64,000 bases of DNA from assembly GCA_040954595.2 (NCBI GenBank), contig CM082577.2, positions 558,001 to 622,000 of the forward strand. Reading direction: 5' to 3'. Each line of letters opens with the position of its first letter. Position 1 is the stretch's first letter. The notes under the pieces were generated by a model. It was given only the letters and a program-made list of their open reading frames with translations. It did no database searches and was not told where the DNA came from. Below are positions 1-11,500 of the stretch, one piece after another. The position numbers and the translations under genes were made by a program. This stretch comes from Balanoglossus misakiensis. Its lineage: Eukaryota > Animalia > Hemichordata.

Positions 1-1632
1 GTGGGTCAAAATCTGGCAAAACACATTCCAAAAACCACAAAAGATTTTAAAAATTATATGAATGATCCTATGCCAAACTCTTTTTTTCTCCATCCTGTTA
101 CGGTTGCTGAGATAAAAGAGATTTTGGTGCATCTTGACAGTAAAAAGGCCAGTGGGTGGGATAATATTCCCCCAAGACTCCTAATTGATGCAGCTGATGT
201 TATTGCTCAACCTTTGACCCACATCATAAATATGTCTTTCTGTACCGGTGTCTTCCCAAATTCCTTAAAAGTCGCTAAGGTTAAACCTATCTTCAAGAAA
301 GGAGAACAGAACATTGTTGGGAACTACAGACCCATCGCCATTTTATCAATGTTCAGTAAAGTGATAGAAAAAGTGGTAAACAAACAAGTGATTACTTACC
401 TTGATAAATATAATATTTTATATAAGCATCAGTATGGCTTTAGAAAGAACCATAGCACCAAGCACACTTTGATTAACTTAGTTAACCACTTGTTAAAAGA
501 AATTGATAAGGGGAATTCCACACTGGGGGTGTTTATTGACTTCAGCAAAGCTTTCGATACCATTCACCATGCCACTTTATTGTCCAAGCTTGAACATTAC
601 GGGTTTAGGGGCCCCTGCCAGCATTGGTTTAACAGCTACCTCACAGACCGCTCACAGTATGTCACATTAACCAGTCATGTTTCAGAAAAGTCCTTGATCC
701 ACAATGGAGTCCCACAGGGATCAGTTTTGGGCCCAACCCTTTTCCTTATTTATATCAATGACCTTCCAAATTCTTCTACATTTTTTGATTTCCGTTTATT
801 TGCTGACGACTCCAATCTCTTCCATTCCTTCTCAGGTGCAGATAGTATTAACTTGACTTATATATCCTCTTATTTAAATGATGTTCAGCAATGGTGCAAT
901 GCCAACAAACTAACAATTAATAGGGCCAAGACTCACTTTATTATTTTTAGGGGTCGGCAGAAAAAACTTGATGTTCTTGGGTCATTGCAAATCCAGAATG
1001 AAGAAATCAAAGAGGTTGATGTGATACCATTTGTTGGGGTTTTATTGGACAAGCATCTGTCATGGTCACATCAAATTAACAAAATAAATAATCTCATTAG
1101 GAAGCACTGTGGAATTTTATACAAGATTAGAAATATTTTACCACTCCATATCAGAATTTTATATTACAACGCCTTCATACTCCCTCATGTTACATATGGT
1201 CTTGAGGTTTGGGGCAATACTTACCCCACAAAGTTACATTGTATCCAAGTTGCCCAAAAAACAATTGTACGTATAATGCTTTTCAAATCACACATGGACC
1301 ATTCTTCTCCTCTCTTTAATCAACTGAATATTTTGGATATTACCAAGCTTCACAGTTATTTACTAGGTTCCTTCATTTATTCTTTATATCACCAGAAATC
1401 TCCACATTCACTTTCAGATTATTTTAACACAACAAGTCATGAGCATAATACCAGAATTTGGTTACATCACTATCTACGCCCGTTTCACGCCAAAACAAAC
1501 TCAGGCCAGTTCTCGATATCACATACTGGAGCAAAAATCTGGAACGATATTCCTCCACAAATTAAGTCTTCAAATACTTTATGCCAATTTCGTAGGACAT
1601 TTAAACAACACCTCTTAAACCAGTACAAATGA
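1..1632 (+). CDS. LINE ORF2 reverse transcriptase (partial, C-terminal 543 aa)
   Basis: Non-LTR RT motifs NYRPIAIL, HQYGFRK, FIDFSKAFD, GVPQGSVLGP, LFADDSN, and C-terminal GAKIWNDIP; no internal stops. Confidence 0.95.
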   Translation: MGQNLAKHIPKTTKDFKNYMNDPMPNSFFLHPVTVAEIKEILVHLDSKKASGWDNIPPRLLIDAADVIAQPLTHIINMSFCTGVFPNSLKVAKVKPIFKKGEQNIVGNYRPIAILSMFSKVIEKVVNKQVITYLDKYNILYKHQYGFRKNHSTKHTLINLVNHLLKEIDKGNSTLGVFIDFSKAFDTIHHATLLSKLEHYGFRGPCQHWFNSYLTDRSQYVTLTSHVSEKSLIHNGVPQGSVLGPTLFLIYINDLPNSSTFFDFRLFADDSNLFHSFSGADSINLTYISSYLNDVQQWCNANKLTINRAKTHFIIFRGRQKKLDVLGSLQIQNEEIKEVDVIPFVGVLLDKHLSWSHQINKINNLIRKHCGILYKIRNILPLHIRILYYNAFILPHVTYGLEVWGNTYPTKLHCIQVAQKTIVRIMLFKSHMDHSSPLFNQLNILDITKLHSYLLGSFIYSLYHQKSPHSLSDYFNTTSHEHNTRIWLHHYLRPFHAKTNSGQFSISHTGAKIWNDIPPQIKSSNTLCQFRRTFKQHLLNQYK

Positions 1633-1952
1633 ATTTGTAATTTTCTTGATGTAGTATGATGCCGTTTTGTTTGTTTGTTTGTGATTGTTGTTCCTTTCTT
1701 TTTTCCATTACCATTTGCAATGGATAACTTTACACTGTTGTAGTGAGATTGTACTTGAATCACGCTTCAAGCGTTCCCTCAACATTATCTTTTTTTTCTG
1801 TAACCAAGCAAGCTATATTGTAGGAGTACAGGCTAGACTAGCTGTGGCTATTTCCTGACTCCATATTTACCCACCATTTGTATTTTTACCTATCACATGT
1901 ACCCTTTAATTAATGGGTAAATAAAACATTATTATTATTATTATTATTATTA
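1..1952 (+). mobile_element. Non-LTR retrotransposon (LINE, CR1/L2 group), 3' portion; 5' end lies outside the window
   Basis: Open RT ORF runs from the window edge to 1632. It is followed by a ~320-nt 3' UTR with stem-loops, AATAAA at 1920-1925 and an (ATT)n tail at 1928-1952, the typical end of CR1/L2-group elements. Confidence 0.93.
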
Positions 1953-2340
1953 CATGTATGTTCATTAATTATTCATTATAACTTGCTGAGGGGTTCATTA
2001 TGCACATTTTTGAATTTCAAATTCGAATGACCGTTTGCATAGTTTGGTCTTTTATTATCACTCTCTATTTTTATTACTCTATTATTGAATATTCGAGCTA
2101 TTTCATTCGTGTGGCTAGCTAGGCTTCTGATATAAAGAATAGGACAAAAAATAAAGAAACAATGCTGACAATATCAGTTATATCATTACATTTCTACCAT
2201 GTCACGCGGGAGGATTCGTGTCAGGGACTTCATACTTAATTGGTGATGGCTGTGGTTCATTTGTCACCAGTATAGAAAAAAATCTTTATGACGGTGTAAA
2301 TTGGTGATTTTGGATGGAATTTCTGGCGTCCCCACAGCCT

Positions 2341-3399
2341 CTATCCAACGTCAGATCTGATTACCTCTTCATATGGAGGCGGAGGTTCTGAAAACACAAT
2401 GGATTCATAATCTGGGGGGTCGGGAGGTTGTTGTAAACTGGTAAATGATAACTGCGACAGTGCAAGCCACGGTGAGACAGATTGTCTGTCGTGTCTGTTG
2501 TTCGATGGAAGTGTTTGAGAATTCCGAACAGAATTTCTTCTGATTTTGCGACATCTCTGTCCCATCGATTGATGTACTTTCTTCAAACCCCATGTCACTA
2601 TCACAACCACAATGATGCATCCGATGGGAACAAAACAAAAATAAACAAAGTACATCTTAATATTTGGCTCACATTCGGAGTGAATCGCTTCATTTTCATC
2701 AACGCCATCTTTTGAAGTATAAATAACCAGCGTATCGCCAAAATGTATGGGAATTTTTGCCGAGCGCTTGTTCTTGATAGTAGTGTGAGCACCTCCGATG
2801 TTATAGAGCGCTCGTTTCAGATTGAAAGTCACTTGAATCGACAAACTGGATGGCGATTTATTAAAAAAAGCAAAGAAATATTCATCCGAATTTTCAGTCT
2901 GCATGGTAAAATTTTCCGACGACGTGTTGCATGGTTCGTATGTTTGTTGGTGTACATAGCAACCAGTGCATTCGGCAGACTTCGACCATTCGCTCCAATT
3001 ACTCTTTCCACGTATTACCCAGAACTCGACCGCAGAATCATTTGCGCTGGTGAAAACTTCGACTTCAGATGTACTTATGAGATAAAATCGCCACATGACG
3101 AATCCCATCGAATTTATAGTTGCCAATTTATTGGCTGTGTATTCCTCGTGTCGCGCGATTTCCGGATTGTTGGCAAATACAAAAGCGTCAAACGCAGATC
3201 CCTTTTCAGTTTTGACGTTGAGGAAGCTGCATAATTGATTGGAGTATGCTTCGTGAATGCTCCGTATGGGTCGCATTTCTCCGGCAGACGTCAGTAGCTT
3301 CGCGTGCCCAAACAACGAAACACGTGCAATTGTGGCAAATATGATGAGTAACACAGCCACAAACATCAACAGGGTAAAAATCCGAGATTTGATTTCCAT
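2341..3399 (-). CDS. Two-TM membrane protein, APD1-4 N/M (DUF4792/DUF4793)-like domain, C-terminal PPxY motifs; paralog 1 (352 aa)
   Basis: Uninterrupted ORF with an N-terminal hydrophobic helix, a luminal-type domain (AFVFANNP, WRFYL, SDEYFFAF, VTFNLKRALYN), a second TM, and a tail with PPDY and PPPY. It aligns end to end with the ORF at 5045-6334. The family call is from recalled motif similarity, not an HMM search. Confidence 0.75.
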   Translation of the reverse strand: MEIKSRIFTLLMFVAVLLIIFATIARVSLFGHAKLLTSAGEMRPIRSIHEAYSNQLCSFLNVKTEKGSAFDAFVFANNPEIARHEEYTANKLATINSMGFVMWRFYLISTSEVEVFTSANDSAVEFWVIRGKSNWSEWSKSAECTGCYVHQQTYEPCNTSSENFTMQTENSDEYFFAFFNKSPSSLSIQVTFNLKRALYNIGGAHTTIKNKRSAKIPIHFGDTLVIYTSKDGVDENEAIHSECEPNIKMYFVYFCFVPIGCIIVVVIVTWGLKKVHQSMGQRCRKIRRNSVRNSQTLPSNNRHDRQSVSPWLALSQLSFTSLQQPPDPPDYESIVFSEPPPPYEEVIRSDVG

Positions 3400-5044
3400 G
3401 TTGTCATGAGCGTGAGATACAGTTCATCGCTGAAACAAAGACGATCACATATCACGTTTCCTTCGATATAAACTCCGTCCTGCTATTTCCCGCATAGGGT
3501 GTAGTTTTAGTTCATAAATAAATTCCTCGCGCTTTTTCCACTGTTCATGTTACCAGCATTTATTCTTTCCGTTGTCAACTGTATTAATAGCAGCAGAATT
3601 GAATGGGTATAGCTTTCTTTAGAACAATACAGAAAAGTATCGGACGTGTATGAACGGAACTGTACACATGCACAAACAAACTTAGCTTGTAATTATTCCG
3701 GTCCATTCTCAGTCATCGCATCGTCAAATGACAAAAGTTTGGAAATGTCGAATGTCATTTATACTAATCAGGTGGACAATAAATTAGGCCTACTTTCTAT
3801 CAAACTTCCACCTAGCAGTTATCAACTTATGAAAGGCGCCCTCTGTGTCAGATTTTAAGTTTTAACAGCAGGTTAAAGCCTCGCCCTATTTAGCATATTC
3901 AATTGTTTTCTCCCTTGTATCAACTCCGGTTTCTCTCTCTACTCTGGTTAGTTCTATGACATGTTCAATTTTTAGCTTCTCAAAAAACTGTATATTGGAA
4001 ATACTAATAGCAATTTTTACTGTTGGCAAATGAATTTAATCTGAAATGTTTCCTCAATTGACATCAATTGCATTGCAACGAAACATGTCCTAGTAAACGA
4101 AGGCCTCATATCATAAGGTCAGCAGAAAACCTGTCGATGAAGATATGTGTCTTTTTAGTATTTTAGCTGTGTATTTTTTTTAACAAAAACACACAGATTC
4201 TTAAACACTGGCCTGATTTCCTCGCAACTCGTGATCTCTGTTCAAATAAAACAGGCGCAAGGGTACTCGTACTTCAATGGAAAATGTCACTTTTTCCTCT
4301 CGCATACTTCTGTGCACGGGTCAACAGACCAATGCGTTGTGTACACTTGTCACTTTCTTCTGAAGGGAATATTGATGTGACGCTAACTGAGTAGTTTGTG
4401 CTAACAATACGCGCGGTGCAATTAAACAAGAATATTGATCACGTGACAGCTACTTGAAATCCAGATCCGAACATTATGTACCTTTGGTATTTCTGTAGAA
4501 ACTGTGGCACAGCTCCTCATTCATGGCTTCGCACAAATTAACTTCTCTTCAAGTGTTCTTCTTTACAGCCCTTTTCCCGACCAAATTAGTTGAGAAATTA
4601 TTTCGACCTGTTGCCTCGTTATGTAAACGTTCTGTTGTTTGTTTTATTCTTTCAATAACGGTACACCGTTACACAGAAGTACTAACAGTTGATCGACTTC
4701 ACCTTCCATGTTTGTTTATTACCAATGTTATACATGAACATGAGAAAAAACCTCCAAATAGAAATCAGTTTGGCGAAGTGAAGTGTTGCTTTATACGTTT
4801 ATGAATATTTCAAAGTGACAAAAATATCAACATGGAAAAAATGTTTTCTTTAATAAAATATCTAACCAATAGCTGGTGTCAAATAATGTGTACATCTTTG
4901 AGTCTAGAACTTAATACTTGGAAGATACGTTTTCCATGGATTTATATTACATCTTCGATATTGCAAATTTAAATGTACATGTAACATCTGGGTCCAATAT
5001 ATCAGCGTTTTATTGCACTGAAATTGTTCATGGTTACCATAGTA

Positions 5045-6334
5045 TCAGAGATTCTGTGGTCTGACATCCTCCCTGGCCACTTCGTCGTAAGAGGGCGGTG
5101 GTTCTGAAAATATGATGGAATCATAGTGCGGAGGATCGACAATGTCTTGCTGTAGTCTGTTGGACGATGACGGCGACAGCGTTGACCACGATGAAGTCCT
5201 CCGGGATTCGCGTTGGGGTTGCGACTGGAATGGTGGTGGATTCTGGTTAGAATTTGTAACAAGCGTCCTGTACCTCCTGGCTCTGTCGGCGTTATTTACA
5301 TCCCGTATTATTGATCGCTGTAATTTTATGAGACACCACGCGACTGCCGCGATGATGAGAATGCAACCAATGGGTATAAAACAAAAATAGACAAAGTACA
5401 TCAAAATATTCGGTTGGCATTCAGAGTGGATAACTTCATTGTCATCAACGCCGTCTTTTGAAATGTAAATAACCGGCTGGTCGCCAAAAGTGATCGGAAT
5501 TTCTGCTGAACGCGTCCTCTCAATGGTGGTGTGCGCAGCTGTAGTATTGTAGAGGGCGCGGTTTAAATTGAAAGTGACGTGGAGAGACATTTTAGTTGGC
5601 GACTCTCTGTTCACGTACGCAAAAAAATATTCATCCGACTGTTTGATCTTCAGGGCATAATGCGTCGGCCTTGTTTTGCATGGCGCGTAAATTTCATGGT
5701 AAACATAGCAACTAGAACATTTGGCAGACATTACCCATTTGTTCCAATTACTCGTTCCCCGTATAACCCAGAACTCGACTTTGGAATCCTCTGCGCAAGT
5801 CTGGACTTCGGCCTCAGACGAGTATATCAAGTAAAATCTCCAAACCGTGTATTCCATTGGATTCATAGTACCGCGTTTTGTTGTCATGGTTTCCTCGTGT
5901 CTGGCAACTTCTGGAGTGTTTGCAAACACAAAGGCGTCGAACTCGGATCCCTTTTCAGTTTTGACGTGAAGTGAGCTGCACATTTGATCGGAGTAGCCGT
6001 CATCCACGCCCCTTAAGGGTCGCATTTCTCCGGGAGAAGTCAAGAGCGTCACATGCCCATACAGCGACAGTCGCGTGATGAGGGCAAATATGCCGATTAA
6101 TATAACCACCAAAAGCAGCAAAATAGCTACCCGATATTTCATTCCCATCTGGTGAAGTTTCTGATATGTAGATGTGCGGTGTAACCGCGGACAGCAGTCC
6201 TTCACAATCGCGTCATTCATTCCGTTGCAGTCGTATCCGAGCTCATCGTTCATGACGCTGTCTGTCGTACGAGTTGTCACTGTCGAAGTACCACCGTAGT
6301 TCGGTACTAAGCTTTCACTGTCTCTCACCCGCAT
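5045..6334 (-). CDS. Two-TM membrane protein, APD1-4 N/M-like domain, C-terminal PPxY motifs; paralog 2 (429 aa)
   Basis: Uninterrupted ORF with the same architecture as paralog 1 (KTEKGS, EFWVIRG, IHSEC, MYFVYFCF shared), ~63 extra N-terminal residues, and a tail with PPHY and PPSY. Confidence 0.78.
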   Translation of the reverse strand: MRVRDSESLVPNYGGTSTVTTRTTDSVMNDELGYDCNGMNDAIVKDCCPRLHRTSTYQKLHQMGMKYRVAILLLLVVILIGIFALITRLSLYGHVTLLTSPGEMRPLRGVDDGYSDQMCSSLHVKTEKGSEFDAFVFANTPEVARHEETMTTKRGTMNPMEYTVWRFYLIYSSEAEVQTCAEDSKVEFWVIRGTSNWNKWVMSAKCSSCYVYHEIYAPCKTRPTHYALKIKQSDEYFFAYVNRESPTKMSLHVTFNLNRALYNTTAAHTTIERTRSAEIPITFGDQPVIYISKDGVDDNEVIHSECQPNILMYFVYFCFIPIGCILIIAAVAWCLIKLQRSIIRDVNNADRARRYRTLVTNSNQNPPPFQSQPQRESRRTSSWSTLSPSSSNRLQQDIVDPPHYDSIIFSEPPPSYDEVAREDVRPQNL

Positions 6335-8237
6335 TTTCTCAACTGGTCCTTCCCATTAATAATCACTCCACAAAAACTGCGGGTTGGCATCGAAAAGTCG
6401 TTGAATATCCAGTTGTTGTGGGTGACGCCGCATGAATACCATGTACCAGGCTCCTACCCTCACTGTATGCAGGTACTGTTGTTGATAACAGTTCATATTA
6501 TTGATTCTGACCACGTTCTTGGGTCAAAGGTCAGAATATGACGAAAAAGATTGCAGGCCCACCACCACCAGTATTGTAATTGATACACAACAAATTAAAT
6601 TATGTTGGCAACTTTGAACGACCAATGTATATTCCCGACGCGTCGTTCGTCACATCATGCGACATTGTTTGTTGTTTATGACAATCTATCACCTTTTACA
6701 TATTTATATTCTGAACACGTGCTTTTCACATTCTGGGCTTTTTAAATTTTGCCCTTTGTCAGGCGTATTGACGATGGAGAAAAACTGACCAAAATCAATG
6801 AAAGCGTCAATAGTTATCTCACAATAGCGTTTCGTGACAAGGGTTGACTGTGTGAGAACAATACAAGACTACAATAAAGACAGGCATTGTTAACTTCTCT
6901 CCCCAGCCAGTATATTATTACGCAGCAACAAGCGACAACACGCTTTAATTTTCTAAACCGTGCTTGTCCGTCACAGGTAACATGATTCTGTTATGAGGGG
7001 TAGGTTGAACGGGTGAACGGCCAATTGCCAAACTAGGGTCGTGTGTTGGATATTTATTGTGACGTAACGGTTACCTATAAGCTATCGTAGATACAAGCAG
7101 GTCATCTGTATAGTTGTTTGCTTCGGACTGGTCAGTGACTTCGCCCGGGCACGCTGGGAGACAACTACGTCATATTATCTCTAAATTCATAAACACTTGA
7201 CAAAATTATTTGGCAACAGAGGACTTCGACACTGCCAAGGATGTTTTCCGTTTTATTGGGGTCGAAATGTGAAGGTGTCTGAATTTCTGCCAAAACAACC
7301 ACCCAGATGAAGACTTGTGTATCAGTCATGTAGATTTGCGCACTCATGTCGCGAGGCAGAAGCATTGAGGTAATAGGAGACACTCGGATTCCGCCGCTGA
7401 ATTGACTGCCCGTTGGTGTTTTTTTTACCAAAAAGAATTGCTATTTCCTAAAATTCGAAGTCCAAATTCAACTGATGCAGTTCAGGGTTCTAACCAATAA
7501 ACACCGATATGCATGCATTACCAGCACAATCATCAATTTTACATACCAGAGTATGATGCACATAATACCCGCATACAGTTAATGATTAAATGATCAAAAC
7601 TGTGATAACAGTAGCCCTTATGATACCATTTACACTGTTTTGGTATACGTATTTTCGCTCTGTGAATTTCCAACAGTATATGACATTCCATGAGTGTTCG
7701 ACTATTGTATTAAATGTTGTTGAGGGATGATGTAAATACGTTCTGCAACACATCAGCATTGCTATGATGATCAAATACTACATTGTTATTGGCATAGCAA
7801 CCCGTTGAAGGGAGACCGTACGAATTCATCGTTTCTTCTGGAAAAACAACAACGATTTGTTAGATAAAATGTCCAAGCTACAGAAATTCACCCGCTGGCA
7901 AAGATACCGCGATGACCTTTCTCACGAATCTAATCAGTGTCACAGACACGCAAGATACAATCGCGTATCCACGGTATTTGAGAATGATTGTTCAAATACC
8001 ATAGATAAAATAGTAGTCAACAGGTTCGCGATATCTGATTTTTGGCTGACCAGCTTTGCACATGTCCAGATCGTCATATGCGTCACCGTCTACAATTACT
8101 ATATTTATTAATATTGTACATTTACCATTGTATTTCGCTTGGTCTTGTCATACATCGTTTACACTGCAAAATGCCTATATCATCCGAAGAATCTGTCGTG
8201 GAGGGTGTCTTCCCCGTAACTTGAAATACAGCACCGG

Positions 8238-8586
8238 TGTCGAGATTTTTTCATTTTTGAGCGTGTATGAGTTAGAATTCATGCATAAGACATGGAAATG
8301 TCAAAATGAGCGAAATTCACAATGTCGAAATCTTTTCATTTTTTGAGCGCATGAATTCTAACTCATACACGCTCAAAAAAATGAAAAAATCTCGACTTGT
8401 GAATTTCGCTCATTTTGACATTTTCATGTCTCATGCATGAATTCTAACTCATACACGCTCAAAAAATGAAAAAATCTCGACATTGTGAATTTCGCTCATT
8501 TTGACATTGTCATGTCTTATGCATGAATTCTACCTCATACAAGCTAAAAAAATGAAAAAAATCTCGACATTGTGAATTTCGCTCAT
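8238..8586. repeat. Satellite B (86-87-bp monomer), left block: one inverted segment (8238-8349) followed by ~2.7 direct copies
   Basis: Monomer ctcatacacgctcaaaaaatgaaaaaatctcgacattgtgaatttcgctcattttgacattttcatgtctcatgcatg(a/g)attctaa. Segment 8238-8349 is approximately the reverse complement of 8370-8482. Confidence 0.92.
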
Positions 8587-11500
8587 GAAAATCATCCAAA
8601 AATGACATTTTTTCGACTTTGCGGATTATCAAAATTTCTTCATATTTTGACAAAAACCATGGGTTATAGCTCATGAAAATCGTCCAAAAATGACAATTTT
8701 TCGACTTTGCGGAGTATCAAAATTTCTTCATTTTTTGAAAAAAATCATGGGTTATAGCTCATGAAAATCATCCAAAAATGACAATTTTTCGACTTTGCGA
8801 ATTTTCAAAATTTCTTCATTTTTTGAAAAAATCATGGGTTATAGCTCATGAAAATCATCCAAAAATGACAATTTTTCGACTTTGCGAATTTTCAAAATTT
8901 CTTCATTTTTTGAAAAAAATCATGGGTTATAGCTCATGAAAATCATCCAAAAATGACAATTTTTCGACTTTGCGAATTTTCAAAATTTCTTCATATTTTG
9001 ACAAAAACCATGGGTTATAGATCATGAAAATCTCCAAAAATGACAATTTTTCGACTTTGCGGAGTATCAAAATTTCTTCATTTTTTGGCAAATTCGTGGG
9101 TTATTGCTCATGAAAATCGTCCAAAAATGACAATTTTTCGACTTTGCGAATTTTCAAAATTTCTTCATTTTTTGAAAAAATCATGGGTTATAGCTCATGA
9201 AAATCATCCAAAAATGACAATTTTTCGACTTTGCGAATTTTCAAAATTTCTTCATTTTTTGAAAAAATCATGGGTTATAGCTCATGAAAATCATCCAAAA
9301 ATGACAATTTTTCGACTTTGCGAATTTTCAAAATTTCTTCATTTTTTGAAAAAATCATGGGTTATAGCTCATGAAAATCATCCAAAAATGACAATTTTTC
9401 GACTTTGCGAATTTTCAAAATTTCTTCATTTTTTGAAAAAATCATGGGTTATAGCTCATGAAAATCATCCAAAAATGACAATTTTTCGACTTTGCGAATT
9501 TTCAAAATTTCTTCATTTTTTGAAAAAATCATGGGTTATAGCTCATGAAAATCATCCAAAAATGACAATTTTTCGACTTTGCGAATTTTCAAAATTTCTT
9601 CATTTTTTGAAAAAATCATGGGTTATAGCTCATGAAAATCATCCAAAAATGACAATTTTTCGACTTTGCGAATTTTCAAAATTTCTTCATTTTTTGAAAA
9701 AATCATGGGTTATAGCTCATGAAAATCATCCAAAAATGACAATTTTTCGACTTTGCGAATTTTCAAAATTTCTTCATTTTTTGAAAAAATCATGGGTTAT
9801 AGCTCATGAAAATCATCCAAAAATGACAATTTTTCGACTTTGCGAATTTTCAAAATTTCTTCATTTTTTGAAAAAATCATGGGTTATAGCTCATGAAAAT
9901 CATCCAAAAATGACAATTTTTCGACTTTGCGAATTTTCAAAATTTCTTCATTTTTTGAAAAAATCATGGGTTATAGCTCATGAAAATCATCCAAAAATGA
10001 CAATTTTTCGACTTTGCGAATTTTCAAAATTTCTTCATTTTTTGAAAAAATCAAGGGTTATAGCTCATGAAAATCATCCAAAAATGACAATTTTTCGACT
10101 TTGCGAATTTTCAAAATTTCTTCATTTTTTGAAAAAATCATGGGTTATAGCTCATGAAAATCATCCAAAAATGACAATTTTTCGACTTTGCGAATTTTCA
10201 AAATTTCTTCATTTTTTGAAAAAATCATGGGTTATAGCTCATGAAAATCATCCAAAAATGACAATTTTTCGACTTTGCGAATTTTCAAAATTTCTTCATT
10301 TTTTGAAAAAATCATGGGTTATAGCTCATGAAAATCATCCAAAAATGACAATTTTTCGACTTTGCGAATTTTCAAAATTTCTTCATTTTTTGAAAAAATC
10401 ATGGGTTATAGCTCATGAAAATCATCCAAAAATGACAATTTTTCGACTTTGCGAATTTTCAAAATTTCTTCATTTTTTGAAAAAATCATGGGTTATAGCT
10501 CATGAAAATCATCCAAAAATGACAATTTTTCGACTTTGCGAATTTTCAAAATTTCTTCATTTTTTGAAAAAATCATGGGTTATAGCTCATGAAAATCATC
10601 CAAAAATGACAATTTTTCGACTTTGCGAATTTTCAAAATTTCTTCATTTTTTGAAAAAATCATGGGTTATAGCTCATGAAAATCATCCAAAAATGACAAT
10701 TTTTCGACTTTGCGAATTTTCAAAATTTCTTCATTTTTTGAAAAAATCATGGGTTATAGCTCATGAAAATCATCCAAAAATGACAATTTTTCGACTTTGC
10801 GAATTTTCAAAATTTCTTCATTTTTTGAAAAAATCATGGGTTATAGCTCATGAAAATCATCCAAAAATGACAATTTTTCGACTTTGCGAATTTTCAAAAT
10901 TTCTTCATTTTTTGAAAAAATCATGGGTTATAGCTCATGAAAATCATCCAAAAATGACAATTTTTCGACTTTGCGAATTTTCAAAATTTCTTCATTTTTT
11001 GAAAAAATCATGGGTTATAGCTCATGAAAATCATCCAAAAATGACAATTTTTCGACTTTGCGAATTTTCAAAATTTCTTCATTTTTTGAAAAAATCATGG
11101 GTTATAGCTCATGAAAATCATCCAAAAATGACAATTTTTCGACTTTGCGAATTTTCAAAATTTCTTCATTTTTTGAAAAAATCATGGGTTATAGCTCATG
11201 AAAATCATCCAAAAATGACAATTTTTCGACTTTGCGAATTTTCAAAATTTCTTCATTTTTTGAAAAAATCATGGGTTATAGCTCATGAAAATCATCCAAA
11301 AATGACAATTTTTCGACTTTGCGAATTTTCAAAATTTCTTCATTTTTTGAAAAAATCATGGGTTATAGCTCATGAAAATCATCCAAAAATGACAATTTTT
11401 CGACTTTGCGAATTTTCAAAATTTCTTCATTTTTTGAAAAAATCATGGGTTATAGCTCATGAAAATCATCCAAAAATGACAATTTTTCGACTTTGCGAAT

